Shown here: positions 27,033 through 42,073 of the stretch, piece after piece | How positions within the stretch are numbered: position 1 is the stretch's first letter | How the letters are laid out: every line of letters starts with the position of its first letter | Origin: Octopus sinensis | Taxonomy: Eukaryota | NCBI RefSeq assembly: GCF_006345805.1 | Contig: NC_043019.1 | Coordinates: 24,427,360 to 24,491,359, forward strand | Length of the DNA stretch: 64,000 bases | Direction of reading: 5' to 3' | Position numbers and translations under genes: made by a program | Notes under the pieces: model-generated | What the model was told of the DNA's origin: nothing | Seen by the model: the letters and a program-made list of their open reading frames with translations, nothing else | The model's database searches: none

Positions 27033-27285
27033 ATGGTGCATAGCTCAGTGGCTAGAGCGGTTCACTCCGCTGAAGAAAGGTGTTGCGACGTAACTAGTCC
27101 CAAGTTGTATCGGCCCCTTTGCCTTTCCTATGGATAACATCAATGGCGTGGAGAGGGGAGACTGGTATATATGGGCGACTGTTGGTCTTCCATAAAACAA
27201 CCTTGCCCAGACTTGTACCTCGGAAGGCAACTTTCTAGGTACAATCCCATGGTCAGTCATGACCGAAGGGGTCTTTATTCTTTAC
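27033..27285 (+). mobile_element. SINE family C copy with internal deletion
   Basis: Matches 44367-44701 but lacks the B-box/CORE-proximal segment. Confidence 0.8.
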
Positions 27286-29947
27286 TCATTTTCAAAAATA
27301 TGAATGTCAATGAATCTCATTTCTCCTCTCTTTAAATATATTGCGCATGTAAGTTTTTTTTTCTATTTCGTATAATAGTGCAGGTGACACAGTAGGATTA
27401 TATTACATTTTGGCCATTTGCTAAGATTTGCCTTATTCAGACTGAAAGTATCCTTTTGTTGTGAATTTTCTTATATAAGTTCATTCCTTACTAACAACGC
27501 TATCTACAAAGTCTCTTCGTGAGAGCGTGAGAATGTGGCTTGATTAATTTTACTTGATTGGCTGTATGTTTTGTTTTCATTTAGTTAGAAAACCATTCAT
27601 CGATAAATAAGAGTTAGTGTAAATTGATATATTATCACGTAATCATGAACATCTGCAACAGCGTGAGTATACTGAAGGAGTAAAAACCAAATCTAATACT
27701 AGTCCACCATTCCAGCTCTGTTGCACTCTCCATTGCTAATTATATCTATATTAGTTTCTTTCTTTTCCATGTCTCTGTAACTTTTATATAGAATTTTAAA
27801 CAATGCATACTTAATTATTTAATTATTTAACAAATACTTGCAATCTATAATAAACGTAAAATAATATTCATTTTAGAACACACACTGCATTTTATCCTCG
27901 TTGATTTTGTTTTATCAAACCCTCTGTACATTAATGGCAACCATATAGACGAGAGCTGAATATTAGTTTTACTGGTTGGATTATTTTCTGTAACTTTACA
28001 ATGTGACTTTCATTGTCCAATGATAATTTTACTCGGTATTACCGCAGGGTACCCATTTTCCCTATTCCTAATTCTGTTATTCACTCGCGTAAATCTGAGT
28101 ATAGCTTTCTTGACAGCCCCGTTATGGTCTAACGAGTCATCTCCGCAAGGAATGTTAGCTTTTCAAATACAAAAGAACGTAGATAAAGCTGTTTAGAATT
28201 TGGCACTTTAAAAAGACGGCCATAAAAGACTATTGAAGAATAGTTTGAGCAGCTTAAGAAAGTTAATTTGTTCAATAATACTGTTCACCCTAATTAATGA
28301 TTTGAATAATTTAAAAAATGAAAGCAATTATATCATAGTATCGGCATTAAATTTGATTTTATTCAATTATGAACAATTTGATTCTGTATGGATTTGATTC
28401 TGTATAATTAATGCACAATTAATTAGAGTAAGAAGCGAACTCGGAGTGAAGTTAAAATAAAAGCACTAGATACCCAGGAATCATGAAGTTGGCAACATTT
28501 TCATTATAATGATGAAGCAGTAAAAGCAATTCTCACGAAAAAAACATAACTTAAGTAAAATATCAGCGACTCCAAGTAAATATAAGGAAGTTATGTTAAA
28601 GAGACTCTGTAGCTTTAATCATCCACGTGATTTGTACTGCCAAAGGATGAGCTCTAGCTTGTATAACCTGATTTTGCCACATACATTCACGTGATTTGTA
28701 CGGTAAGATGGAAATTAATAACCTGCAGGATTTTCGCAACAGAAACCTAACCATACATTTAATTTCTTTGCGATACATGAATAACCACCATAAATAATAA
28801 TGATTATTTGTTCCATGGCGAAGGATTATAGTTAATTGAAATGATCCAAGCAGCTATTTGCTGTTTACTTGTTTTTTTGAAAAATGGAAACTTAAACTTA
28901 ATTTTAGTTCTATTTGAACTCAGAACACTTGGGTAGACTTAAGTCTAATAAAGTACAACTTTCATTGGAGTTCTACTTCTATTTTACCATCTATTCTGGT
29001 AATATAAGCCCAATGCCATAAATTAGTTAATAGGGATGTCTGAATTTGTTTGGAACTTAATTTATTTCCCTCGGAGTGACGAATCGATTTCGGCAAAATT
29101 TGAACTGAGACGTCAATGAATGAATGTAATTACTATAATATGGTGCTGTGCCAGTTCTCTCTACCCTCGACGTCATAAACATTTTTTTTAATGAACGAAT
29201 ACATATTTAGGGAAAAGGGAATTAGAAACTATGGTGTTCTGTGGTGTTTCTTTAAAAATCTTGTGTAGTATGGAATAAATGGCTGTAGAATCGAATTAGA
29301 ACTGTTCATCTTTATTGCAATGTTGATATGTAAAGGTCGAAAGAAGGGATATATCAATAGAAATAATTTCGGACGTATATTAGCTTTAATTTAACAGCAG
29401 ACACTGTGAAAATATTTGTACTTTATATATCATTCAATTTAAAATATATTAAGAATTCCATACAAATGAAAGAAATGATTAGCCTAGCAGCATAATATTC
29501 GATTCGGGCAGTAGAATCTTCAATTCATTTTCCCATAATCGTATTGTACCAATACGTGACAGAAAATACAACCACCAAAATCGTTATGCATTATCTTAGA
29601 ACTGTGAGCCTTTTTGGTAAGCGTTAGCTTATGAACAAGACAAATTCTCACTTTGCTTCCTCTTAAAATACTCAGATAACATATCTGTATATTGCATGAA
29701 TTATTGGTTAATCAGAATTCTTCATTTTTAAAGTGATACTTCATTAATTTACAGTAAATAACTCTCAGTATACCGAACTTAATTCTGGTGAAAATAGTAA
29801 GATTTAACGAATATTTTAACTTGACTTTTATACATCTATAAAAAAACACAGTTGATGATGAAAGAAAGTTTATTAATTCAAAACTACACAAACTTCCAGG
29901 TTATTTGAACTCAATTTTATTTAAAGATAGTGCTTATATAAGCTTTA

Positions 29948-31229
29948 TGAGTGTCGGCTAAAAAGTTCATAAGTTGACCAAGATACTATCATGGAATGTG
30001 ACCAGATGAGGTTCATTTCGCAACATACTCCCCCATTGGTGTTGTAGTGCTTGGATTCCATTGATGAAGAAGCTTTCATCCTGGTGGTCAAACAATGTCA
30101 TCAACAGCAGATTTGATGTCATCATCACTGTGATATCTGCTCCCAGTCAAGTGTTTTTCATGTTGGAGAACAGATGATAGCTATATGAGGCCAAACCAAG
30201 ACAATAAGGAGAGTGATCAACCAGTTCAAAGCCACAATAACACACAACAGCCATTAAAACCGAGGACTTGTGTGATGTGCTAGAGCCTTGTCCTCATGAA
30301 ACAAGACTCCTTTCGTCAGTTTTCCTGGGCGTTTGGTCTTGGTAGCCCTTCGTAATTGCCCCAGCAACTTGGCGTAGTACTCTCCACCGATAGAGTAGCC
30401 CTTTTGAAGATGATCAATAAACATAATACTTTTTGCATCCCCCCCAAAAAATAGACCTGAGGCCATCGCTTTCCCTGCATATGAAATAATATTGGTCTAC
30501 TTTGGAGCACGTTAGGAGAGGTATTACCATTGCATGAATTGTCTCTTTGTCTCTGGCTCAAAGTGATAAACCCAACACTCATCCTGACTAAGGTAACGTT
30601 CAAGGAAACCATTTGGGTTTGCCTGAAATAATATCAGATTTTCGCGTCATGTGATCAGCCTGGTGTGCTTTTGATTAGATGTCAAAAGATGTGGCACCCA
30701 TCGAGTAGAAACCTCCACCATGCCAAGTTCATTGTATAGAATATTCTCAACTTTCTCATGGGATCTCCAATACCATTGAATATTTTATACATATTCAATA
30801 GCCTGTCAGCCATCACCATATATTAAACACGATCAATGTTTTCCTCGGCGGTGGCAGTTGCAGGACGTTCAGACCTTGGATCATCTTCAAGGCTCTCTCT
30901 TCCCTCCTAAATTCAACCGCACACATTTGTACTGTTGACAAAGCTGGAGCGTTACCTCCTAATGGAGCAACTATGTCCGCGTGAACGTCATTGGAGCTAA
31001 ACCCTTTTACTGCAGGTACTTGATAAAGTTATGATGCCAAATTTTGTCCATTTTCAAGAGAAGTCGCTACTAGTTTCTGAAGCATTCTTTAAATAGTTAG
31101 AGGTCAGTTTACCTGGAAAGAAACAATGAATATTATTAAGAAGAAGAGTTGAAATTGATGCATGCAAGATTTCACAGCTCTTGCACCACTCCTTCATAGT
31201 CAGATTATGAACTTTTCAGCCCACCCACG
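29948..31229 (-). mobile_element. Mariner (DD34D-type) element, full-length but inactive, in a Wnt6 intron
   Basis: About 30-bp TIRs tgagtgtcggctaaaaagttcataagttgac / gtcagattatgaacttttcagcccacccacg, TA on both sides, 1282 bp. RWVPHLLT, DECWVYHFEPETKRQ, GVLFHEDKA. Confidence 0.9.
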
Positions 31230-31375
31230 TAATTCAAATTTTCATAACATATTGTGTCTAATTGAAAGATGAGAAATTTTATCAATTGTGACTGGGCGAA
31301 AGTGGCGCTCTAACACTGAAGATGGAAGAGTTAAAATATGACGATAAATGGCAAAAACGTGTTGTATATACTTAC

Positions 31376-31650
31376 TAGTCTACCAGCTTCGTTATTGTGC
31401 ATACGAATTTTTGTTGTTATATCACACCGCTTCTTTTTCTTCGCGTCCATAAATTCCTTCGACTTGAGATACCCAAAATTTACGTCATCTCCACATCCTC
31501 CCCACGCCCATTTACCGTCTGTTGATTTATCTCTAATATTATTTCGGTCACATGTACATTGAAGAAGTGCTCCTTCACTGCACGCTTGGGTCACAGAATA
31601 AGTTACACCGGCTGCAGTTATGGCGTATACGAAAGCAGTTTCTCGCAAAT
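31376..31650 (-). CDS. Wnt6: Wnt6 internal coding exon (DLRETAFVYAITAAG...MHNNEAGRL)
   Basis: RETAFVYAI, WAWGGCGD and HNNEAGR Wnt motifs. Acceptor ttccAG at 31651-31652, donor GTAAG at 31375-31371. 275 nt, phase 1 in and phase 0 out, consistent with the neighbouring exons. Confidence 0.95.
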
Positions 31651-33376
31651 CTGGAAGAGCAAAACAACTCATTAAATTGAGTAAGAAGTTATCGTTTGGC
31701 TGGAAAAGAAAATTAAATTTCCAGGGAACAATGCTGAAAGAGAGGAAGTAACAAAGGCGACATGACAGTATACTCCAAAGTGGGGTATATTTGGAATAGA
31801 GCGAGTGAAGAAAGGGTGAAGAATAGAGTGGGTGTAGAAATTGTAATTGCGACACCGAAATAAACAGGACTCGAGGGAGATTATTGAGCAGGGGAAAAGA
31901 GTTTTGCAACGAAAGGGGAAAAAAGCTAAACAGCGTAAAGAGAAAGAATCATGCAGCTGGTAAGGAGACAACAGTGGAAGGCCAATAGACAGACAAACGA
32001 AATACAGATTGACGAAGACAAAACGGAGAAATCCAACGTATCATGATAAGAAGTAAAAGAAGTGGGGAGTGTAGAAAAATAATAGCTGAGAACACGTGGC
32101 ACGAGGAAAAAAGAAAGATGAGAAAAAGACAATTAATGAGACATGAAACATGTAAAGACCGCTGGAACTGACAAAGTGAAATACAATAGTGGGCGAGAAA
32201 TAAGGACGAAGGATGTATAATAAACATGCGAAGGGTAGGTGAGAGAACATTAATAAAGTTCATAAAAAATAGATTAAAATGAATAGCTTAACAATATTAA
32301 TTAGAAATTATTCGTAGTTCAATTTGGTCGTCGGAGAAACATAAAGAAATATTTGTCTTAATTAGTTTATCTTTGTTTTTATCAATAAGTCATGGTTTTT
32401 AAGTATTGTATGTAATTAACTATCGATTGTATTATTTACAAATAACATTATTACCAACGTTGAAAAGTAATAAATATATTTTAATTGCAAGATTAGCTTC
32501 TTTCTCGGATTATGTCTATTGCATTGACATATAAACATTACGAAAACGTTAAAAAGTGTTTAGACAGAATTTATGAATGAATTTATTGAATTACAGAAAG
32601 ATGCGCTTTTTACATTACAACAATAGCAATTATTACCACAATATACCATATTCTTTTACAAAAATAATCAATGATTTGAAAAAAAAAAAAGGAAAGAAAA
32701 CAGAGACGATTTTATCTCCCATCAAAAGTTCAACAAAAAGCAAACTATTTCTGGTTTTGGTGTTTCTAGGTACAGTGTGTTTTTACTCATGTAAACATTC
32801 TAGATGAACGCGTCAACACGAAAGCCTTTGAAGCATTGGATCAGCGTTTGTTGCGTTCTTCCGTTATTTCTACTTTACGTTTGTTGATGTCTAGTTCATG
32901 TTATATCTTTCAAGTAAGCAGGTGTTGTAGACTGCTTCAGAAAATGGGATACGACACTTCGTACATATTCTTTAAGTATCCTAGCCAAGACTATTCCCGT
33001 AGATTACATTTTCAGTACTCCCTGTCATACAGCCGATAGAAATAACTCACATTAAAAAGAGAGAATTGAGTTAAAATATTACACAAAAAGAAATGATGTG
33101 AGCAAAAATGTAGATATTTACTCAAAGAATAATATATTAGCATTAAATATAAATCAATTTGGTAAAATCTCACCAAATTAAATGGAGAAGGAATTGGTTA
33201 CTTACTGTGAGAAATAACAGAAGAAAGATTTTGGTATTTAAATGTGTGTGAAAAACATTCATGATTTTCCACTTGGGAATTTTGCAAGATTAAGATAACA
33301 ATCAATGAATAAACATACATCGAAAGTAATATCATTTACAATGACATAAAAAAAAGTTTCACACATTCAAAATCAT

Positions 33377-33421
33377 GTGTGCGTGTGCGCGTGTGTGTGT
33401 GTGTGTGCGTGTGTGTGTGTG

Positions 33422-33491
<70 letters not shown>
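33377..33491. repeat. (TG)n microsatellite
   Basis: Directly visible. Confidence 0.95.
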
Positions 33492-33497
<6 letters not shown>

Positions 33498-36289
33498 CAC
33501 TTAAAGTATTAAACAAGAAATTCGGAAAAGATATAGCAAAATTGTTAATTTACTAAAAAGAGAGAGTGCTACTGGTGAAAAATTAACTAATTTTCTTTTG
33601 CTTTCTGAAATAGTCTTCAAAGTCACTTCCACAGCTGCTGTCGGCTGTTTCGGTAAATATTAACTAAACTATGTCTAACTGTCCCTTTTCAAGGAGATCT
33701 GAGAGTAAGAAAAGGATGTAGGGGGCAACTTGATAAAACAGGAGAAAAATAAAAAATAAAAATACTAAAATAAAGAATCCCCTTGTGTGTTTTCTCTGGT
33801 AAATATAACTAAAAATTTCTGGGTTGAAAACAAGCAGTAAAATATGATACTGTTGAAAGCTTAAATTTGGTGTGTGTATGTGTATGTGCCGAATTTTGTT
33901 AGCTTTTATTTTCTATGGCAACGTTTATTTGAATGTGCAGACTCACTGTGTGACTACATGATAGCATATGTGTATGTATATACATAATACATACTTACAT
34001 ACACAGCCTTTGAAGTTACGCTCTCACAAACACACGTTTTTCATAACTTGGTAAGTATATGCGTGTGTGCTGATAACATGTATGTGCGAATGTGTATATG
34101 ATACAAGGAAATACATATACACGCACAAATGTTCATATTTGTATACATGTTTAAGTTGCATGTGTGTGTATAAATCTGAATATCTTCATGTGAGTATATA
34201 CCAAAATGCTAGCGTTTGATCCCAGATGCAGTATAAGAAAATGTAAAGAAAGGGAGACGGAGAAAGATAAAAGTGACTTTTTTCTTGAAGTTTGCGGTTC
34301 CTGTGATGTACACATCTCAAATTTACCTAGTCTAGCTTAGATCTTTGCCTTCGTTCTTTGTAGTTCTTTATCTCTGTTACGCACTAACACCCCCTGCTCC
34401 GACAAGTTGTTTTTAGTAGGCAAACCATGACGTGGTCATTTGCTTTTAAATAATAAAATAAATATATATTATATATACATATTAAAAATAAAAAAATGAA
34501 AAATAAACTTATTCATGTAAAGATATTTTGCAGAGGAAATAGTACATGTAATTTTGATTGCGTACAAATTGTGAAATGTTGCTTTTGATGTACACACAGA
34601 AGATTCCTGTGAATATACTTTTCGCATTTTGCTTTAGATTTATTAAGAAATGAGAAAAAAGTTATTTGCTTTGCCTTCAGTTCTTTCAGAGATTCACTTG
34701 GAAGCAGATAGTCTCAGCTTTGTTCTTTCTTATTCGATACTGCTTGTTTTAGTCGACCAAGTATGCAACTACGCAACTTATCTATAGTAAAAGAACTTCA
34801 TACAGCAGGAAACCACAACTTAAAACAGACCCACTTAAAATAATTTGTTTAGAAAACTTTGAATTCAACATTGTGTTTCCAAACTGCGATTTAAGAAGTC
34901 AGAAATTAAACAAGTCTGAAACTTTGGACAAATGTGCTTCACGAACGGTTCACGGAAAACTGGTGTATATTTCCAATGCTGTTTCCAAGGAGATATTATC
35001 ATTAAATTAATTTTGCTTATATCTGTTTCAAAAGGAATAAATAACAAATTCCTCTTCTAAATGAATAAATAAAAAAGACAATCTTTGACGGTTTTGAACT
35101 CAAGATGTGACACCAATTTTTGGATACTGCATGACATTGAGTCCATTTCTTTCATGAACGAACATCTCTTACCGTTCAAATATAAACATACTTTTACAAG
35201 GCTCAATGTAAAATATAAAAAACATTAATGTCCTCACCAAATTGCTGAAATTACTACCACTCGACCAAGACAATTGTCACCACAAAACAACGTGATAAGA
35301 AATATTACAAGGTAACTAAATTTGCTATTTTACATATAAAACTTGTATTACTTAAAAACGATTGTGTGCATGTAGCAGGTGATACATTTAATGTTACGTA
35401 GAAATGCCAAAAAAAAAAACGGTATCGGATAACAGCATTTATAAATATTGTTTTGTTTAATAGATATTACAAGATACATCGTTATTCTTTGTTGTAAATT
35501 ATTGTCTATTTTATGATGAAGCCTGTTCGCTGTAAGTATTTTTCAGATGAAAAGAAAAAGACTCAACGAATTATGACTAAAATTAAATTCGTTACTCATT
35601 TAGCATAATCCTTTGAGACAGTGACTAAATATCTTTAAAATATTTTATCAAACTATTTGTATCTATTGCAAACAATTCCGATTTGTATGAACAGCTGAAA
35701 CGGAGATCTACATTTCCTTAACTCATTTGAAATACTAAAGTCTTTTAGTCAGAGTGAGATTTGTTTCTACGAAATTTACTTGTATGACCCTTTTCATCGA
35801 AAGAGTAATACGTGTTGTTTTTATTAACATTTTATTTCAAGCTTATTTCCGTATTTATATAGTGGTGAATCCCTACCCCAACCCTCAATAGCAGTGAGAT
35901 TTAACAAAAACTATACATCCCTCTTGATTAATTCCCTTTTCTACTTTCTGAACATAATATACATGCCGACACATAAATGCATATATATAAACATACAAGA
36001 GCGCGCACGCGCACACACACACGAACGCGCGCGCGCACACAGACATATAGTATAATATAATATAATATAATATAATATAATATAATAATATAGGGAGATG
36101 TACTTGCATAGCAAGGGATTTGATCTGAGATCGTGCGCTGAAACGAAAACAATTCAGGTTGGTTTTTGTCAGAGTAATTGCACGCGTGTATGCGTTGGCG
36201 TGTGTTGTGTGTGAGCATGTGTGTTGTGTGTGTGTGTGTGTGCTTTATGTGTACATTTATACATGCGTACATATAAACATATATATCCA

Positions 36290-36534
36290 TATATGTACGT
36301 GCATATATTTATATATGAATATACATATATACATATATATATATACACACACATATATAGATACATATATATACATATATAAAAATATACATATATATAT
36401 ACATATATACATAACATATATATATACTTATATATACATATATATACATATATACATATACATATATATATGCATATATATATATACACACAGACATGTA
36501 TATATATATATGATATATATATATATATATATAT

Positions 36535-36618
<84 letters not shown>

Positions 36619-36624
36619 CATATA

Positions 36625-36655
<31 letters not shown>

Positions 36656-36672
36656 CATATATATATATATTC
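36290..36672. repeat. Long (TA)n/(TACA)-type microsatellite
   Basis: Directly visible. Confidence 0.95.
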
Positions 36673-38008
36673 ATGCTTATATATAATGATACGTAATTGT
36701 AAGATCCAACGATCAAGGTGTAGGAAGTTAGTAAGCTTCGAGCAGTCCGTGATTGGTATAAAAAGAACAACGTTCAGGAACAAGAATAGTTTAATGGCAT
36801 ATAAGGTTGTAGCCTGTTCCCATATCGGTGTTCAATGAGCTGGAAAAAAGCAACCTTCATAAATGTCACCTTAGAGTGACTCAAGGGCCGAGAGTCTTGC
36901 TCGCTGGCACTTATCAAAGTGGCTTATTATATATATGTGTATATCCAGTCAGTTGTTCATAAGTCCGAAAAAAATTATACTCCAAAAGTTTATTTGAACA
37001 GTAATATTTTATGTAGGCGTTCAGTAGGATAGGAGTTTTGTATCTTCTGCTAGTGTGTCTGATGATGTACTTTTGTTACTAAGAGCAATAGTAGATAAAA
37101 AACCAATGCTAACATTCTAATCTGCCATAACCAACGGCTACTCAAAATATATATAGGGAGGGAACTGGGTTGAATTTATATGTTGAAGAACAGCTTAATC
37201 AAGTTTTTGCTAACTTAATTTTCCCTACAAACTTTATATCCGATCAGTATTAATAGAATTCATAGAAAATTTCACATCAACATACTGAACTTACCCACAA
37301 ATTATCCAACGTATTGCCCTTTTTTTTTTATTTCTGATTTAAACCATTATCAGCTTCCTCTGATTACAAATGATGCCAATAATATTCCCTATCAATAATG
37401 GTTTTCATTCTATAAATAAGAAAACTATCAATGTTCTTGAGCTTCGTCATGAACACTTTAATTCTAGAATACTGATATAGCGGTAACGTTATTCGTTTTT
37501 CCCAATCTCATATATTAGTCTTTAAAAAAGAAAACACATAAAATTTGTTATAATGTTTTTTTCAAAATTTAAATAAGATTAATTGAATTCGCTATGGAAG
37601 GTGAATTCGAATACTGTATTGAGTAAATAAACACCTAACAGAAGACCAAATTGTTATGTTTCAAAAACATGACATTCTATCAGAATTTAAATGAGAACTC
37701 CTGAAACGATTTTGCTACAAATCCTTGTGCAATTTCAGTTTCCAGCTTGAGTGATTTTCGAAATGTTAGTCAATAAATCTGAATCGGAACTGGATTTGAC
37801 TGGGTTGCATCGTCAAATTGTAGACTTTATAATGAGAATATCTAAAAGAAGCTACCAACGTTGTACATTCAACAATTTGCTGGGATTAGAACTGCCTTAA
37901 TTTTTATTTCATTCAGATATATACATGCAAAGGTTTTAGTACATTTCCTAGATTATTATCAACAACAGCAGCAACGACGACTGTTACGGCCGTGCAAAGC
38001 GAGAGTGA

Positions 38009-38011
<3 letters not shown>

Positions 38012-38060
<49 letters not shown>

Positions 38061-38263
38061 TGTCTCTGTCTTTGTCTCTCTATACACAGACACATGAATA
38101 TATATGAGTGCATGAGTGTGTGTGTATGTGTGTATGTATGCATGTATGTATGTATGTATGTATGTATGTATGTATGTACGTACGTATGTATGTATGTATG
38201 TATGTATGTATGTATGTATGTATGTATGTATGTATGTACCTACGTACGTACGTACGTACGTAC

Positions 38264-38294
<31 letters not shown>

Positions 38295-38303
38295 TGTATG
38301 TAT
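38012..38303. repeat. (CT)n plus (TATG)n compound microsatellite
   Basis: Directly visible. Confidence 0.95.
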
Positions 38304-40828
38304 ACCTTTTTTTATGCACGAGTCGTATTTCAGGGGTGAACAATGTTTTGTTCTTCATCCTGAGAGTTTATTAAAATTTATTAAGATGCATAGAAGAAGA
38401 ACCATACTCATCATATTTCTTGGTTTAGTAAAGGAGGAAGTTACTTTTGGGAACAGTGCTTCAACCGCGATATAGCTTAGAGACGCTCCGTCAACAATGC
38501 AAATGTTAACAAATTTGAGTTTCTAAGTCCACCACTTGCATATTAATGGTTACAGCTTTTCACCGAAGGTTTGACCAGTCAATACAAAATTTCTTCAAGA
38601 AATATGCAGGCCAATCGAGTGTTAGTAATTTACTTCACTAATTCCCTAATCCTCCAGTTTAGATTGAGCAGCGAAATCTAAATGGAGAGCTGCAAAAGAC
38701 GAGCGAGTATGATTTAAAGAAACGCTTGAGGTGAAAATCGTTTGAGGGTTTTAATATTTTATGGGTCAAGTGTACATTGCACACCAATTTCAAAATGTTT
38801 AGACGCAATTATTTACAGCGTTTGGAAATAAGATAACTGAATAGAAGGGGTAATAGTCAGATATTCGTTAAAAATCACAGGTACCAATAAATAAATAAAA
38901 TGATAGAATTACTCAGCTCTTTGTTTTAAATATGATTCTTCAATTATCATCCTCAAAATTCAACATCGGTTGGATTTAGTTTAACGTCATCTTTTTAGTG
39001 AGCTGAGCTGGCCACAAACATTCAACTCAAAATTCTAGCTTCATGTATATAGATGTATGTGAGTGAGTGAGTGAGTGAGTGTGTGTGTGTGTGTGTGCGC
39101 GCGCGCGTGTGTGTGTGTATACGCGCGCGTGTGTGTGTATACGCGCGCGCGTGTATGTTTCCTCCAGAAAGTTATGTCAATTATGTTTCGATTACCGTTC
39201 ATTGAATTCAGTATCACTAATGATTCTTTGACCTTTCATCCAATTAGATAATACATATTTCGACCAAGTTTAATGGTTTTGATAAGATTTAAGTCACTAT
39301 GATTCCCAAGCTCTATAGATATTTTTCAAGATACAACACATGATCTAGCAGACACGATACCAGGAACTACCAAAGAGGTTGACAGTTCTCATTTTTAAGA
39401 CTACTGTGTGAAGTATCGATAAGTAGTTCAAAATAAGCAGTGCTGAACAGCAAAATTTGTTGTCCTGCAGTTCACAATTCAGTTTCTCCCAGTGGAAAAT
39501 GTTCCTGTGATAAACTGTTGACCTTTCTATAAGATCTGTTTCACTAACACAGAAAGCGCAAAATATCCACAGACTCCAGAATTCTTATGCGACTATACAT
39601 AAATACAAAACAAAAACTTGCAGTTAGCAGCATATTTCATGCCGTTTTCCGAGGCTTAATTTGGAAGTTCGTACCTTCTCCTAAATAACATAACAATAAT
39701 AATGATATCAGTGTCTGGCAAATACAACATTCAGCGTAATAAATTTCGTTAATATTAAAGAATAGTTTGTTGTTAGCTTGAAACCTTAGGCTCACATTCT
39801 TTCAAACACTATTGGAGTAAAGATAAATATTACTACATGAAACTATTTAATATTATATTGCAGTAAATATACTAATGCCTCTAAGATTCGTTCTGGTATC
39901 GTAATTGCACCCAGATAAAGTCACTGTTTGTTCAATCAATATGAATTTAGCATATCATCACTAGGATATTTGATCGATACAATTTATTGTATCCGACAAA
40001 TTCATGGCGTTTTAATCATAACAAAAGAATACAGTTGTTATTTTGGATTGCAATTTTGCTTATTATACATTTTTCTTCACCACTATTAAGTGGGCAGCAA
40101 CATCACTTCATGACTTGCGAAAACTTACAACTCGGAAGTTGTTCTTTTCTAAAATGTTCTAGTAGTAACAACAATACTTGTTGTTCTGATGAAACCGGAA
40201 GAAAAATGTCACACGGTAACAAATTCATTGATAAATGTTACAGGAAAACTAATAAATGACTGATTTATTGGCTTTTTGTTATAATATTCTTTTAGTTTAA
40301 GACATTGAATAAATTGCGACCTTTGTTTTTTCTCGCATAAGTTTAATGCCATTCTATAAATTGTGTTATGTACAAGTGCTGTATTGTCAGTAAATACGTA
40401 ACTTTAAATAGTATTTGTTTAATGACTTGAACTGTTTATATGATAGTTAAATGAGATCTAACCTTTTACTTTTGACTTTTTCCTGTAATTTTATTTCCGT
40501 TCAAATCTGTAACACCCATCTCTACAGGAGTACACTGATCTATAAAAATAGAGCGCATCGATGATTAATTTTTCCATGAAAAAATTTGGACAGGCTACTT
40601 TGATCTGCCAAGCTACATACCAAGATTTTGGATCACTACGTTATGCCTATGCCAGCTCCCATCGTGGTATATAATTTCAGAGAACAGGAATAAAGTCACA
40701 GTATAAGTCAAAATTCGCTACAAACAATTCATAGGTTAAATGTTACTTTTCATTTAAATATCATTGAAGTTACTTATCAACTGATAACAAATAACTTGTA
40801 AACAGACAAGTCATGTATATTTATATAA

Positions 40829-40995
40829 GCGCAGGCGTTGCTGTGCGATAGGAAGTTTGTTTCTCAACCACTTGGTTCTGGGTTCATTCCCACACTGCAT
40901 GGCACTTTGAGCAAGCGTCATCTACTATAACCCTGAACCTACTAAAGCATTGTGGATGAATTAGGTGGAGAAAAACTGAAAGAAGCCCATCGAAT
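40829..40995 (+). mobile_element. Old SINE family B 5' part
   Basis: gcgcaggcgttgctgtgcg...ggttctgggttcattccc...aactgaaagaagccc. Confidence 0.7.
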
Positions 40996-41739
40996 ATATT
41001 ATGTAAAACGAAATTCGAGAGTAAGAATCCCCATAAACAAAATTTGTTTTCTTTTGTTGTATTATGATAATCTTCGACACTTTAAATACGCTCTCATCTG
41101 AAAAAGTACGGATTATGGTGACCTAGACGAATCTATTCTATAGGAACACCTGTATTCTTCTTCGAGGCACTTTCATAATCAAATTTTCATTCTGTGCAGC
41201 GGGCATTCTTTTCTATTATATAATAAAATACAGAATTCTAAACATGTGGATAGCATAGCCAGTAGTATTCCTGATGGTTTGGGATACGCAATGTTCTACA
41301 TATATTGACTTAGATACCGAGTCATTATATTTAAGGAACTAAGGCTGGAAGCCATAAACTTCAATTGCATGACGTACTTTGATTGTCAGAATAAATTATT
41401 TTAAAGACGGAATGCAAGGATAGACAAAATGTCTTTAAAGTACGATACAAGCCTGTTTGTGATATGAGAGTGATATTACGATGCAGGTACACCGCACAGC
41501 CGATCTACCCCTGGTAAAGGCACTCATAGCTAGGCTAACACTGTGTTAGGACATGAGTATGGTTGTCACTTTGTGTCTGAGTTGTGAACGGAAGGATTAA
41601 GTTTCTTTCATGATTTCAGCATTTTCTATTTATTTTTACCTTCTGAGAGTTTATGCTTTTGGTTCATAAATGGAGCATTCTGAGACATTTCATTGACAAA
41701 CATTACACATTTGGTAACCCGAACGGGACACTGAAACAC

Positions 41740-41809
<70 letters not shown>

Positions 41810-41831
41810 TATATGTATGTATAGGTATATT

Positions 41832-41886
<55 letters not shown>

Positions 41887-42030
41887 AGGTATATTTGTAT
41901 ATATATATATATATAAAAGCTATTTTAGTTAAGACTATTGTGACTGTATAAGTGCTGTTTTATAAAGTTTGCATATATTTTGTGTATTTTTATATCATGT
42001 ATATCCATATAACTATTTATGTACATCTAA

Positions 42031-42073
<43 letters not shown>

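Noticed and set aside
31651-31909. N-terminal extension of the 192-aa ORF
   Set aside because: Intronic read-through upstream of a clear AG acceptor; not Wnt-like
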